Below are positions 28,848 through 38,040 of a stretch of 64,000 bases of DNA, piece after piece. Each line of letters opens with the position of its first letter. The stretch's first letter is position 1. The translations under genes were made by a program, and so were the position numbers. Origin of the DNA: Desulfarculaceae bacterium (lineage in GTDB: Bacteria; Desulfobacterota; Desulfarculia; Desulfarculales; Desulfarculaceae); assembly GCA_020444545.1 (NCBI GenBank), contig JAHLKT010000002.1, positions 152,870 through 216,869 on the forward strand, written 5' to 3'. Below the pieces are notes generated by a model. The model was not told the origin of the DNA and made no database searches. It was given only the letters and a program-made list of their open reading frames with translations.

Positions 28848-29348
28848 TTACCTAAGGCCTTTGACCATGGTCCTGAGGTCCTTGGCCAGGCCGTCCCATT
28901 TGTCCTTGCCCAAGGTGCCGACCACGCGCTCCTGGGCCTGGTGCCAAAGGGGCACGGCCTGGAGCACCGCCCCCTTGCCTTTGTTTGTTATCTCCACTCG
29001 CTGCTCTCGCCGGTCCTCTCCGGAGTGGGTTTTCACCAGGCCCTTTTTCTCCAGCACGCGCAGGTTGCGGCTCAAGGTGGTGCGGTCCATGCCCAGGCCT
29101 TGGGCCAGCTGGGCCAGGTTGCTGTCCGGCGACAAGACAAAGGAGACCAGCAGGCTGAACTGAGTGATCTTCAGCCCCACCGGCTTGAGGGCTTGATCAA
29201 AGGCTTGGGTTACCAGGCGGCTGGCCCGGCGCAGGTTAAAGGCCGCGCAGCTGCGGGCCAGGTCCAGGCAGAACGCGGAGCTCAGGCACGACGCGGCACC
29301 GTTGGTGCGCATGGCGGCCAGTTCGTCTTGCAGCTCCTTGTAGTTCAT
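28848..29348 (-). CDS. MarR-family transcriptional regulator
   Basis: Start chosen at ATG 29346-29348, behind GGAGA. It has the winged-helix core ITQFSLLVSFVLSPDSNLAQLAQGLGMDRTTLSRNLRVLEKKGLV. Confidence 0.85.
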   Translation of the reverse strand: MNYKELQDELAAMRTNGAASCLSSAFCLDLARSCAAFNLRRASRLVTQAFDQALKPVGLKITQFSLLVSFVLSPDSNLAQLAQGLGMDRTTLSRNLRVLEKKGLVKTHSGEDRREQRVEITNKGKGAVLQAVPLWHQAQERVVGTLGKDKWDGLAKDLRTMVKGLR

Positions 29349-29526
29349 GGTTCGGTTCTCCGGGTGACCCTTCAATAGGAGTATATGCACGCATTTTGGC
29401 GGGGGTCAAGAAAAATGTCTGGCCCGTCACACAAGGCTGGAGCCCGGCCCGGCCTTGTATTAAAATTCCTGCTCGGCCGGGCGCTCCCCCGGCGATCCGC
29501 AAAACATCCGAGAAAGGCATGGACCC

Positions 29527-29916
29527 ATGAGCCCGGTGATGCGCAACCTCGACCCCGAACAACTGGCCCAGCTATTACCCACGGGCATAGCCGACGAGTT
29601 TTTCGACGCCCTGTATGGCGACGCGGCCGAGGGGGCCTATGACATCAGCCTGTCCTTCAAGGGGCAACAGGGCCCGCGTTTGGAGCTGGAGTTGTTGCTC
29701 AGGCAGCGTCCGGGCAAGTGCCTGGCCTGCAACCTCACCTACGGCCTGCCCCAGGTTTTTTCGCGCCACCCGGTGCTCAACCTCAAGGGCGTGGTGGCCA
29801 AGGTGTGCCAGCTGGCCGGAGCCGACCCGGCTGAAGCCAAGTGGGAGTTGGGCCACACCCAGCCGGTCAGCAACGAGCTGCACGCCATTCCCCTGTACAT
29901 CACCCTGGAGGGATGA
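29527..29916 (+). CDS. Conserved-looking hypothetical protein
   Basis: 129-aa ORF with coding-like composition. It is divergent from the MarR gene and contains CLAC. No confident family assignment. Confidence 0.5.
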   Translation: MSPVMRNLDPEQLAQLLPTGIADEFFDALYGDAAEGAYDISLSFKGQQGPRLELELLLRQRPGKCLACNLTYGLPQVFSRHPVLNLKGVVAKVCQLAGADPAEAKWELGHTQPVSNELHAIPLYITLEG

Positions 29917-29943
29917 GCCGGGGCGGCGCGCCGGGCAAAGGCC

Positions 29944-29972
29944 TTGACAAAGAAGCGCGCCTCCCATATTTA
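29944..29972 (+). promoter_or_regulatory. Candidate sigma-70 promoter for the riboswitch-bzaF-cobT transcript
   Basis: TTGACA (29944-29949), a 17-nt spacer, then TATTTA (29967-29972), just upstream of the riboswitch P1 stem. Confidence 0.45.
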
Positions 29973-29988
29973 ATGAGAAAATTTGTTT

Positions 29989-30166
29989 GGGCGGCAGCAA
30001 GGCGGCCATATAGGCCCTAACAGGGAAGCCGGTGCGAATCCGGCACGGACCCGCCGCTGTGACCGGGGACGAAACCCGCAAAACAAGCCACTGCACCGCG
30101 AGAGCGGGGCGGGAAGGCGCGGGGAGTAGGGCGAACCGGAAGTCAGAAGACCTGCCTTGCCGCCGG
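29989..30166 (+). promoter_or_regulatory. Cobalamin (B12) riboswitch
   Basis: The conserved core AGGGAAGCCGGTGCGAATCCGGCACGGACCCGCCGCTGTGACCGGGGA is present, with the B12 box AGCCACTG at 30086-30093. The closing helix pairs GGCGGCA... with ...TGCCGCC. The downstream TTTTCTCC (30209-30216) can pair with the RBS GGAGAAA at 30264-30270. Confidence 0.9.
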
Positions 30167-30273
30167 CGACTGGGGAGAAGGCAAATCCTCGAGACGCACC
30201 GCGTCCGGGGATTTTTGTTTTCTCCGGGGTGGTCCCCCTAACGCTGAACTCCTAACGGGAATAAGGAGAAAGC

Positions 30274-31584
30274 ATGGCCACCCAAGTCGAACTGGCCGTT
30301 CAAGGCCAAATCACCCCTCAGATGAAAGAGATCGCCCTGGCCGAAGGCCTGGAGCCCGAACTGGTGCGCGCGCGTTTTGCCGCCGGCCAGATCGTGGCCC
30401 CCATAGGCTCCAACCATGAGCACAGCGTGGTGGGCATGGGCAAGGGCCTGGGCACCAAGGTCAACGCCTCCATCGGCACCAGCACCGACATCGTGGACAT
30501 CGCCGCCGAGGTGAGCAAGGCCCAAGCCGCCGAGGCCGCCGGAGCCGACACCCTCATGGAGCTGAGCGTGGGCGGCGACCTGGACCAGGTGCGGCGCGAG
30601 GTGTTGGCCGCGGTCAAGCTGCCCGTGGGCAACGTGCCTCTGTACCAGGCCTTCAGCGAGGCCACGGCCAAGTACGGCGACCCCAACAAGCTGGACGAAG
30701 ATATGCTCTTCGAGCTGATCGAGCGCCAATGCGCCGACGGCATCGCCTTCATGGCCGTGCACTGCGGCATCAACCTCTACACCATCGAGCGCCTGGAAAA
30801 GCAGCACTACCGCTACGGCGGCCTGGTGAGCAAGGGCGGCACCACCATGGTGGCCTGGATGAAGAACAACCAGCGCGAGAACCCGCTCTACGCACGCTTC
30901 GACCGGGTGGTGGAGATCCTAAAGAAGTACGACGTGGTGCTCTCTCTGGGCAACGGCCTGCGCGCCGGGGCCATCCACGACTCATTCGACCGGGCCATGG
31001 TGCAAGAGCTTCTGATCAACTGCGAGCTGGCCCAGATCGGCCGCGAGATGGGCTGCCAGATGATGGTGGAAGGCCCGGGCCACGTGCCCCTGGACCAGAT
31101 CGAGGCCAACATCATCCTGCAAAAGCGCATGAGCGACGACGCGCCTTACTACATGCTGGGGCCCATCCCCAGCGATGTGACCGCCTCCTACGACCACATC
31201 ACTGCGGCCATCGGCGCGGCCCAGAGCGCCCGCTACGGCGCGGACCTGATCTGCTACATCACCCCGGCCGAGCACCTGGCCCTGCCCAATGAGCAGGACG
31301 TGATCGAAGGGGTCAAGGCGGCGCGCACCGCGGCCTACATCGGCGACACGGTGAAGCTGCCCGAAAAAGGCCGCGCCCGCGACAAGGCCATGAGCAAGGC
31401 CCGCCGCGACTCGGACTGGGACAAGCAGTACGAGCTGGCTCTGTTCAGCCAGGACGCCAAGGCCATCCGGGCCGAGCGCTGCCCGGCCGACAGCCAGGCC
31501 TGCACCATGTGCGGGAAGTTCTGCGCCAACAAGGGCAGCATGGCGGTGTTCGGCCATCTGGTCGAGGGCACCTGCAAGGCCTGA
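30274..31584 (+). CDS. bzaF: ThiC-family radical-SAM enzyme, predicted 5-hydroxybenzimidazole synthase (BzaF-type)
   Basis: 436-aa ORF with a clear ThiC-family sequence (GTKVNASIGTS..., MVEGPGHVPL, ITPAEHLALP, C-terminal Cys cluster CTMCGKFC). It sits behind a cobalamin riboswitch rather than a TPP riboswitch and directly upstream of cobT. That context is diagnostic of the anaerobic benzimidazole (bza) pathway. Confidence 0.8.
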   Translation: MATQVELAVQGQITPQMKEIALAEGLEPELVRARFAAGQIVAPIGSNHEHSVVGMGKGLGTKVNASIGTSTDIVDIAAEVSKAQAAEAAGADTLMELSVGGDLDQVRREVLAAVKLPVGNVPLYQAFSEATAKYGDPNKLDEDMLFELIERQCADGIAFMAVHCGINLYTIERLEKQHYRYGGLVSKGGTTMVAWMKNNQRENPLYARFDRVVEILKKYDVVLSLGNGLRAGAIHDSFDRAMVQELLINCELAQIGREMGCQMMVEGPGHVPLDQIEANIILQKRMSDDAPYYMLGPIPSDVTASYDHITAAIGAAQSARYGADLICYITPAEHLALPNEQDVIEGVKAARTAAYIGDTVKLPEKGRARDKAMSKARRDSDWDKQYELALFSQDAKAIRAERCPADSQACTMCGKFCANKGSMAVFGHLVEGTCKA

Positions 31585-31666
31585 GGTGATCGGCCTGAAG
31601 CCAGAACGGGCCCACCCGGCCCTAGCCCGGGACGAGGGCTGCCCATGGGCAGGAGGAGAATTAGAC

Positions 31667-32728
31667 ATGCAACTGACTGAGATTATCGCGCACATTGCGC
31701 CCATCGATCCGGAGCGTTTGGCCGAGGCGCACGCGCATTCCATGGCCCTGGCCATACCGCCCCTGGCCTTGGGGCGGCTGCACGAGCTGGGCGAGCGCCT
31801 CTGCGCCATCCAGGGCACCATAACGCCCAGCGTGGAAAGGCGTGTCTTTCTGGTCATGGCCGGGGACCACGGCGTGGCTGCTGAAGGCGTGAGCGCTTTT
31901 CCCCAGGAGGTGACCGGCGAGATGGTCAAGAACTTCCTGGCCGGCGGGGCCAGCATCAACGCCCTGGCCCGCGAGGCAGGGGCCGAGGTGTGGGTGGCCG
32001 ACCTGGGCATCATCCCGGAGATCGAGGCCCAGGCAGCCAGCGGACAGCGCTTCATCAGCCGCAAGGTGGAACGGGGCACGGCCAACCTGGCCCAAGGCCC
32101 GGCCATGAGCCGCGCCCAGGCCGAACAGGCGGTGCTCACCGGCTTTGAGCTGGCCAGGGAGGCGGTGGCCCAAGGCGCGCAGATGCTGGGCACCGGCGAC
32201 ATGGGCATCGCCAACACCACGCCTTCCACGGCCATTGCGGCCGCGCTAACCGGCAAGCCTCTCTCCGGGTTGGTGGGGCGGGGCACCGGCCTGGACGATC
32301 CCGGCCTGGCCAACAAGCACTGGGTCATCGAGCGCGGCCTGGAGCTGAACCGGCCCGACCCCAACGATGGCCTGGACGTGTTGGCCAAGGTGGGCGGCTT
32401 CGAGATCGGCGGCATCGCGGGCTGCGTTTTGGCGGCCGCCTATCACCGCAAGCCGGTGGTCATCGACGGGCTCATCTCCACCGCCGGGGCGCTCATCGCC
32501 CATGCCCTGTGCCCGGCGGTTGCGGGCTACATCTTCGCGGGCCACCGCTCCCAGGAGCCGGCCCACGCGGCCATGCTGGAGCGCTTGGGCCTGGAGCCTA
32601 TCTTGGACCTGGGCATGCGCTTGGGCGAGGGCACCGGCGCGGCCCTGGCCATGCAGGTGTTGAGCGGGGCGGCCCGGGTGATGCGCGAGGTGCTCACCTT
32701 TGAGCAGGCCGGGGTCAACCAGGGCTAG
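31667..32728 (+). CDS. cobT: Nicotinate-nucleotide--dimethylbenzimidazole phosphoribosyltransferase
   Basis: The ATG at 31667 follows AGGAGGAGA. CobT patterns are present: VMAGDHGVAAEGVSAFPQEVT, GDMGIANTTPS, LRLGEGTGAALA. Confidence 0.9.
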   Translation: MQLTEIIAHIAPIDPERLAEAHAHSMALAIPPLALGRLHELGERLCAIQGTITPSVERRVFLVMAGDHGVAAEGVSAFPQEVTGEMVKNFLAGGASINALAREAGAEVWVADLGIIPEIEAQAASGQRFISRKVERGTANLAQGPAMSRAQAEQAVLTGFELAREAVAQGAQMLGTGDMGIANTTPSTAIAAALTGKPLSGLVGRGTGLDDPGLANKHWVIERGLELNRPDPNDGLDVLAKVGGFEIGGIAGCVLAAAYHRKPVVIDGLISTAGALIAHALCPAVAGYIFAGHRSQEPAHAAMLERLGLEPILDLGMRLGEGTGAALAMQVLSGAARVMREVLTFEQAGVNQG

Positions 32729-32794
32729 GCGTCATGGGCAAAGAAAAGGCCCGCCGCAAGGGCGGGCCTTGGCCGTCGTGGGTTATGGCTAGAT

Positions 32795-33865
32795 TTAATC
32801 GGCCAGAAGGGCCTCCTTGACCGCGTCGCCCATCTGGGCCGTGCTGGCGGTGCCGCCCATGTCGCGGGTCTTTACTTGGCCCGCGCCCAACACGGCCATC
32901 ACCGCGCGCTGCATGTCCCCGGCGGCCTCGTCCTCGCCCATGTGCTCCAGCATCAGGCGCACCGCCTCGATGGAGGCGATGGGGTTGACCACGCCCTGGC
33001 CCGCATATTTGGGGGCCGAGCCGTGGATGGGCTCGAACATGGAGGGGTAGTCCTTCTCTGGGTTGATGTTGCCGCCGGCGGCAAAGCCCATGCCGCCCTG
33101 GAGCATGGCCCCCAGGTCGGTGATGATGTCGCCGAAGAGGTTGGAGGCCACCACCACGTCGAAGTACTCCGGGTTTTTCACGAACCACATGGTCATGGCG
33201 TCAACCAGGGCTACGTCGGTCTTGACGGCCGGGAAGTCCTTGGCCACCTCGGCGTAGACCGAATCCCAGAAGACCATGGAGTAGTTCAGAGCGTTGGACT
33301 TGGTGCAGTTGGTGACCATGCCCTGCTTGCCGCGTTTGGCGGCCAGCTCGAAGGCGTAGCGGATCACACGCTCGCAGCCCTTGTGGGTGAAGATGGCGGT
33401 CTGCATGGCCAGGCCGTCGGGGGTGCCTGCCTTGAAGATACCGCCCGCGTTGCTGTACTCGCCTTCGGTGTTCTCGCGCACCACCACGAAGTCCACCGTC
33501 TCCGGGGTGGCGGTGCGGATGGGCGTGGCCACGCCGGGGTATAGCTTGATGGGCCTGAGGTTCACGTACTGGTCGAAGCCTTTGCGAATCTTGAGCAGCA
33601 TGGTCAGCGAGATGTGGTCCGGCACTTTGGCCGCGTCGCCCACGCAGCCCAGAAAGATGCCGTCGCAGCCTTCGAGCTGGTCCAGGCAGTCCTCCGGGGC
33701 CATCTCGCTGCTGGCCAGATAGCGGTCGCAGCCCCAGTCATAAAGCTGGGTTTTAACCTTGAAGCCGTGCTTGTCGGCCGCTGCCCGGAGCAGCTTCTCC
33801 GCCTCCACGGTGATCTCGCCGCCCACCCCGTCGCCGGGAATCAAAGCAATGTCGTACTCGCGCAT
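32795..33865 (-). CDS. Tartrate dehydrogenase / 3-isopropylmalate dehydrogenase family oxidative decarboxylase
   Basis: Start chosen at ATG 33863-33865 ([18 protein letters not shown]). Patterns include [12 protein letters not shown] and [26 protein letters not shown], with a HGSAPKYAG-type C-terminal region. Confidence 0.85.
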   Translation of the reverse strand: MREYDIALIPGDGVGGEITVEAEKLLRAAADKHGFKVKTQLYDWGCDRYLASSEMAPEDCLDQLEGCDGIFLGCVGDAAKVPDHISLTMLLKIRKGFDQYVNLRPIKLYPGVATPIRTATPETVDFVVVRENTEGEYSNAGGIFKAGTPDGLAMQTAIFTHKGCERVIRYAFELAAKRGKQGMVTNCTKSNALNYSMVFWDSVYAEVAKDFPAVKTDVALVDAMTMWFVKNPEYFDVVVASNLFGDIITDLGAMLQGGMGFAAGGNINPEKDYPSMFEPIHGSAPKYAGQGVVNPIASIEAVRLMLEHMGEDEAAGDMQRAVMAVLGAGQVKTRDMGGTASTAQMGDAVKEALLAD

Positions 33866-33955
33866 GATCGTCCTCGCTTGCTTTGCGGTGTCAGTGCCAA
33901 AGGGCCGCTTGGCCCGGGGCATTATAGCCCGTGGACATCTCCATGGATAGCGGGA

Positions 33956-35230
33956 TCAGGCCCGCACTCCGCACCAGAGGGCCGTGGTAAGGGCCAGCAC
34001 CTTGCAGGTGGCCAGCACGCTGGGCAGCTCCACGTATTCGTCGATGCCGTGGATGTTGCCCGCCTTGGGGCCGGTGCAGGCCGAGACCATGTTGAAGTAG
34101 GGCGCGAAGCGCGAATCGATGCCCGAGGAGCGCCCGATGAAGGGCACATAGCCACCGGAGATCTTGCGGGCGGCCTGGAGCATGGTCCGCACAAAGGGGT
34201 GCTCCGGGTCCTGCCGCCAGGGTTCGGTCTGCCAGCCGAACCACTCGATACTGGGCGGGTGCTCGGCCAGCCAGGGGTCGCTCTGGGCGGCCTCCTCGAT
34301 AGTGCGGCGCACCAGGGCGCGCACCTGCTGCATGGTCTCGCCCGGCGGGAAGCTGATGCGGCACTCCATCACCGCTTCGCCGGCCACGGTGGAGGGCCAG
34401 TCGCCCGCGCGCACCGTGCCCACGCTGAGATGGCAGGAGCGGCCCGAGCCGCGCTCGAACAGCTCGTAGTGCACCGTGGCCTGGCGGTGCTCGCCCAGCT
34501 TTTCCAGGGCCTGGTATATGGGGATCAGCTTGCCGAAGGCGTTGACCCCCTCGTGGGCCAGGCCGCCATGGGCGGTGCGCCCCACCACCCGCACCCGGAA
34601 CATGCACACCCCGGCGTGGGCGATGGTCACGTTCATGCCGTGGGGCTCGGAGCAGATCATGGCGTCGGCAACGTGGCCCGCGGCCAGGCAGGCCAGGGTG
34701 CCCCCGGCCCCGCCGGCCTCCTCGTCGATGACGCTCATCAGGCGCACCGTGCCCGCCGGACGAAGGCCCGCGTTCAGCAGCGCGGCCAAGGCGTAGTGGT
34801 TGGCCATGAGGCCTGCCTTCATGTCGCCCGCGCCCCGGCCGTAGAGGCGCTCGCCCTCTACATCTCCGCTCCAGGGGTCGCGGCTCCAGGATTCCACCGG
34901 CTCTGGCGATACCACGTCGATATGGCCGTTGAGGATGAGCGAGGGTCGAGCAGGGTCGCCGGGCAGGGTGGCCACCAGGTTGGGGCGGCCGTCGTAGGGC
35001 GCCTTGGTATCGAGGAAAGCCGGGTGCCCGCGCAGGGCCTCGATGTCGGGCAGCACGGTGGCCACCTCCAGGCCCAGTCCGTGGTAGAGGCGCTCCATGT
35101 ATTGCTGGGCCGGGGCCTCTTGGCCCACCACCGAGGGGATGCGCACCAGCTCCTGCAAGGAGCGGGTAAGCTCGGGGGCTAGCTGCTCCACGGCGGCGCT
35201 GATCTTCTGACTAAGCAAGCTGATTTCCAT
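33956..35230 (-). CDS. M20-family metallopeptidase (ArgE/DapE/ACY1 type)
   Basis: 424-aa ORF with metal-binding patterns: LILNGHIDVV, GRGAGDMKAG, VIDEEAGGAG, and a dimerisation-domain insert. Confidence 0.85.
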   Translation of the reverse strand: MEISLLSQKISAAVEQLAPELTRSLQELVRIPSVVGQEAPAQQYMERLYHGLGLEVATVLPDIEALRGHPAFLDTKAPYDGRPNLVATLPGDPARPSLILNGHIDVVSPEPVESWSRDPWSGDVEGERLYGRGAGDMKAGLMANHYALAALLNAGLRPAGTVRLMSVIDEEAGGAGGTLACLAAGHVADAMICSEPHGMNVTIAHAGVCMFRVRVVGRTAHGGLAHEGVNAFGKLIPIYQALEKLGEHRQATVHYELFERGSGRSCHLSVGTVRAGDWPSTVAGEAVMECRISFPPGETMQQVRALVRRTIEEAAQSDPWLAEHPPSIEWFGWQTEPWRQDPEHPFVRTMLQAARKISGGYVPFIGRSSGIDSRFAPYFNMVSACTGPKAGNIHGIDEYVELPSVLATCKVLALTTALWCGVRA

Positions 35231-35261
35231 GACGCTTATTCCGTGCCGATGGATAAGGGGG

Positions 35262-36239
35262 TTAAGCGCGGGGCAGGGGATGGTGGCAGGCCACCCAGTG
35301 TCCGCTGGCCAGGGGCCGGAACTCCGGCTCCAGGCTTCGGCAGTCGTCCTGCGCGTGGGGGCAGCGGGTATGGAAGCGGCAGCCCGTCGGCGGGTTGAGC
35401 GGGCTGGGCACGTCGCCGGAAAGGATCACCCGGTTCTTCACCCGGCCCACCTCGGCCACCGGCGCGGCCGAGAACAGGGCTTGGGTGTAGGGGTGGCGCG
35501 GCCCGGAGAAGACGGCCTCCTTGGAGGCCAGCTCCATGAGCTTGCCCAAATACATCACTGCGATGCGGTCGCTGATGTGCTCCACAACGGACAGGTCGTG
35601 GGAGATGAACAGATAGCTCAGGCCCATCTCCCGTTTGAGGCGGGCCAGCAGGTTGACCACCTGGGCCTGCACCGATACGTCCAAGGCCGAGAGCGGCTCG
35701 TCGGCCACCACCAGCTTGGGGCCCACGATCAGGGCGCGGGCGATGCCCAGGCGCTGGCGCTGGCCGCCGCTGAACTCATGGGGGTGGCGGTCGTAGTGCT
35801 CGGGCCTGAGGCCCACGGTCTCCATCATCTCCAGCACCCGGCGCTTGCGCTCGGCCTGGCTCAGCTCCTTGTTGCGCCTCAGGCCCTCGCCGATGATCTC
35901 GCGTACCGTGAGGCGCGGGTTGAGCGAGGACCAGGGGTCCTGGAAGATGATCTGCATCTCGCGGCGGAGCTTGCGCAGCCCTCCGGCCGAAAGCTTGGCG
36001 ATGTCCTTGCCCTTGTAGCTCACCGTGCCCCGGGTGGCCTCGATGAGGCGCAGCACCAGGCGGCCGGTGGTGGACTTTCCGCAGCCCGACTCGCCCACGA
36101 AGCTGAGCGTCTCGCCCTGGAACAAATCGAAGCTGAGCCCGTCCACCGCCTTGACCACCTCGCCGGAGCTGACGATGGAGCGGTTAACCACGAAGTGCTT
36201 GGTGAGGTCTTGTACCTCTAGGATGGTTTCACGATTCAT
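35262..36239 (-). CDS. Peptide/nickel ABC transporter ATP-binding protein (OppF/DppF-like)
   Basis: Start chosen at ATG 36237-36239 (MNRETILEVQDLTKHF). Motifs: Walker A GESGCGKST, signature FSGGQRQR, Walker B ADEPLSALD, and the C-terminal oligopeptide Cys/His motif. Confidence 0.9.
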   Translation of the reverse strand: MNRETILEVQDLTKHFVVNRSIVSSGEVVKAVDGLSFDLFQGETLSFVGESGCGKSTTGRLVLRLIEATRGTVSYKGKDIAKLSAGGLRKLRREMQIIFQDPWSSLNPRLTVREIIGEGLRRNKELSQAERKRRVLEMMETVGLRPEHYDRHPHEFSGGQRQRLGIARALIVGPKLVVADEPLSALDVSVQAQVVNLLARLKREMGLSYLFISHDLSVVEHISDRIAVMYLGKLMELASKEAVFSGPRHPYTQALFSAAPVAEVGRVKNRVILSGDVPSPLNPPTGCRFHTRCPHAQDDCRSLEPEFRPLASGHWVACHHPLPRA

Positions 36240-36246
36240 GGCCGCC

Positions 36247-37203
36247 TCACTCGTAGAGCCAGCAGAGGGCGTGGTGCCCCGGAGCCAGCTCGCGCCAGGG
36301 GGCGGGCTCCTGCACGCAGCGGGGCAGGGCCCGGGGACAGCGGGGGTGGAAGGGGCAGCCCTGGGGCAGCTCGAAGAGGCTGGGCACAATGCCCTTCATC
36401 TCGTAGAGCTCGTGGCCGCCCGGGCGGGGGATGGACTTGAGCAGGCCCCGGGTGTAGGGATGGGCCGCGTTGTCAAAGATGTCTTGCACAGTGCCTTGCT
36501 CCACCACCCGGCCGCAGTACATCACCACCACCCGCTTGGCCGACTCGGCCACCACCCCGAGGTTGTGGGTGATGAGCATGATCGCGGTGCCGATGCGCTC
36601 GTTGAGCCGGTGCATGAGATCCAGCACCGAGGCCTGCACCGTCACGTCCAGGGCGGTGGTGGGCTCGTCGGCCAGGAGCACGTCCGGGTCCAGGAGAAGC
36701 GCCTCGGCGATCATCACCCGTTGGCGCATGCCGCCGCTCAGGTGGTGGGGGTAGTCCTTGATGCGCTTGGCCGGATCGGGGATGTCCACCAGGGCCAGCA
36801 TCTCCACCGCCCGGTCGCGGGCCTCGCTCTTGCTCATCTTGCGGTGGGTGCGCAGCGCCTCGGTGAGCTGGTTCTCGATGGTGAAGGCCGGATTCAAGGA
36901 GATCATGGGCTCCTGGAAGATCATGGAGATGCGGTCGCCCCGCACCCGGCGCATTTCCCTGGCCGACGCGGTGAGCAGATCGCGCCCCTGATACCAGATG
37001 CGGCCCTTGGCGATGCGGCCGGGAAAGGGCACCAGGCCCAGCACGGCCAAGGCGGTGACGCTCTTGCCCGAGCCTGACTCGCCCACCACCCCCAGCACCT
37101 CGCCGGGATCGATGTGATAGTTCACTCCGCACACCGCCTGGGCCACGCCCTGGCTGGTGTGGAAATTGACCTCAAGGTCCTCTATGCGCAGCAGCGGTTC
37201 CAT
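36247..37203 (-). CDS. Peptide/nickel ABC transporter ATP-binding protein (OppD/DppD-like)
   Basis: 318-aa ORF. Motifs: Walker A GESGSGKS, signature LSGGMRQR, Walker [12 protein letters not shown]. Confidence 0.9.
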   Translation of the reverse strand: MEPLLRIEDLEVNFHTSQGVAQAVCGVNYHIDPGEVLGVVGESGSGKSVTALAVLGLVPFPGRIAKGRIWYQGRDLLTASAREMRRVRGDRISMIFQEPMISLNPAFTIENQLTEALRTHRKMSKSEARDRAVEMLALVDIPDPAKRIKDYPHHLSGGMRQRVMIAEALLLDPDVLLADEPTTALDVTVQASVLDLMHRLNERIGTAIMLITHNLGVVAESAKRVVVMYCGRVVEQGTVQDIFDNAAHPYTRGLLKSIPRPGGHELYEMKGIVPSLFELPQGCPFHPRCPRALPRCVQEPAPWRELAPGHHALCWLYE

Positions 37204-37204
37204 G

Positions 37205-38026
37205 CTACTTCAGCCTCGGGTCGAGGACGTCGCGCAGGGCGTCGCCCAGGAGGTTGAAGCCCAAAACCGCCAGGGTGATGGCCACCCCGGGGAACACGGT
37301 CATCATGGGGTTTTCCATCATGAAGTTGCGCGCGTCGCTGAGGATGTTGCCCCAGGAGGGCGCCGGTGGGGGCGCGCCCAGACCCAGGAAGCCCAGGGAG
37401 CTCTCGGCCAGGATGGCGTAGGCCAGGCTGGCCGTGGCCTGCACGATCAAGGGCGCGGTGCAGTTGGGCAGGATGTGGCGGAAGATGATGTACACGTCGC
37501 CGTTGCCCATGGCCCGCGAGGCCTCCACGAACTCCTTCTCCTTGAGCGAAAGCACCGAGGAGCGCACGATGCGCGCGAAGCGCGGCACGTAGACCACGCC
37601 CAGGGCTATGATCACGTTGTAGAGGTTGGGCCCCAGCGCGGCCAGGATGGCGATGGCCAGCAGGATGGCCGGGAAGGACATCAGCGCGTCCATGAAGCGC
37701 ATGATGACGTTGTCCAACAATCCCCCGAAATAGCCCGCCGCCGCGCCGGTGATCACCCCGCCCACCGTGGCCAGCACCACCGACAACAGGCAGATGTAGA
37801 GCGAGATGCGCGAGCCGTAGATCACCCGGCTGTAGATGTCGCGGCCGTACTCGTCGGTGCCGAACCAGTGCTCCGCCGAAGGCGGGGCCGCCTGCATCTC
37901 CAGGTTGATGGCCAGGGGGTCGTGGGTGGCCAGCAGGGGAGCGGCCAGGGCCACGGCCAGGTTGAGGCCGATGACGATGACCCCGATGAGGCCGATCTTG
38001 TTCTTGAGCAGTCGTTTTAAAAGCAT
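37205..38026 (-). CDS. Peptide ABC transporter permease (DppC/OppC-like)
   Basis: BPD_transp_1 core with the EAA-like loop (FVEASRAMGNGDVYIIFRHILPN). The start is uncertain: ATG at 38026, or GTG at 38044 overlapping the upstream stop. Confidence 0.88.
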   Translation of the reverse strand: MLLKRLLKNKIGLIGVIVIGLNLAVALAAPLLATHDPLAINLEMQAAPPSAEHWFGTDEYGRDIYSRVIYGSRISLYICLLSVVLATVGGVITGAAAGYFGGLLDNVIMRFMDALMSFPAILLAIAILAALGPNLYNVIIALGVVYVPRFARIVRSSVLSLKEKEFVEASRAMGNGDVYIIFRHILPNCTAPLIVQATASLAYAILAESSLGFLGLGAPPPAPSWGNILSDARNFMMENPMMTVFPGVAITLAVLGFNLLGDALRDVLDPRLK

Positions 38027-38040
38027 GTTGTGCCCGCCTC

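Noticed and set aside
30274-31584. Annotation as authentic thiamine-pathway ThiC (phosphomethylpyrimidine synthase).
   Set aside because: The leader is a cobalamin riboswitch, not a TPP riboswitch, and cobT follows immediately. The context fits the BzaF-type paralogue. This is still an inference pending phylogeny.
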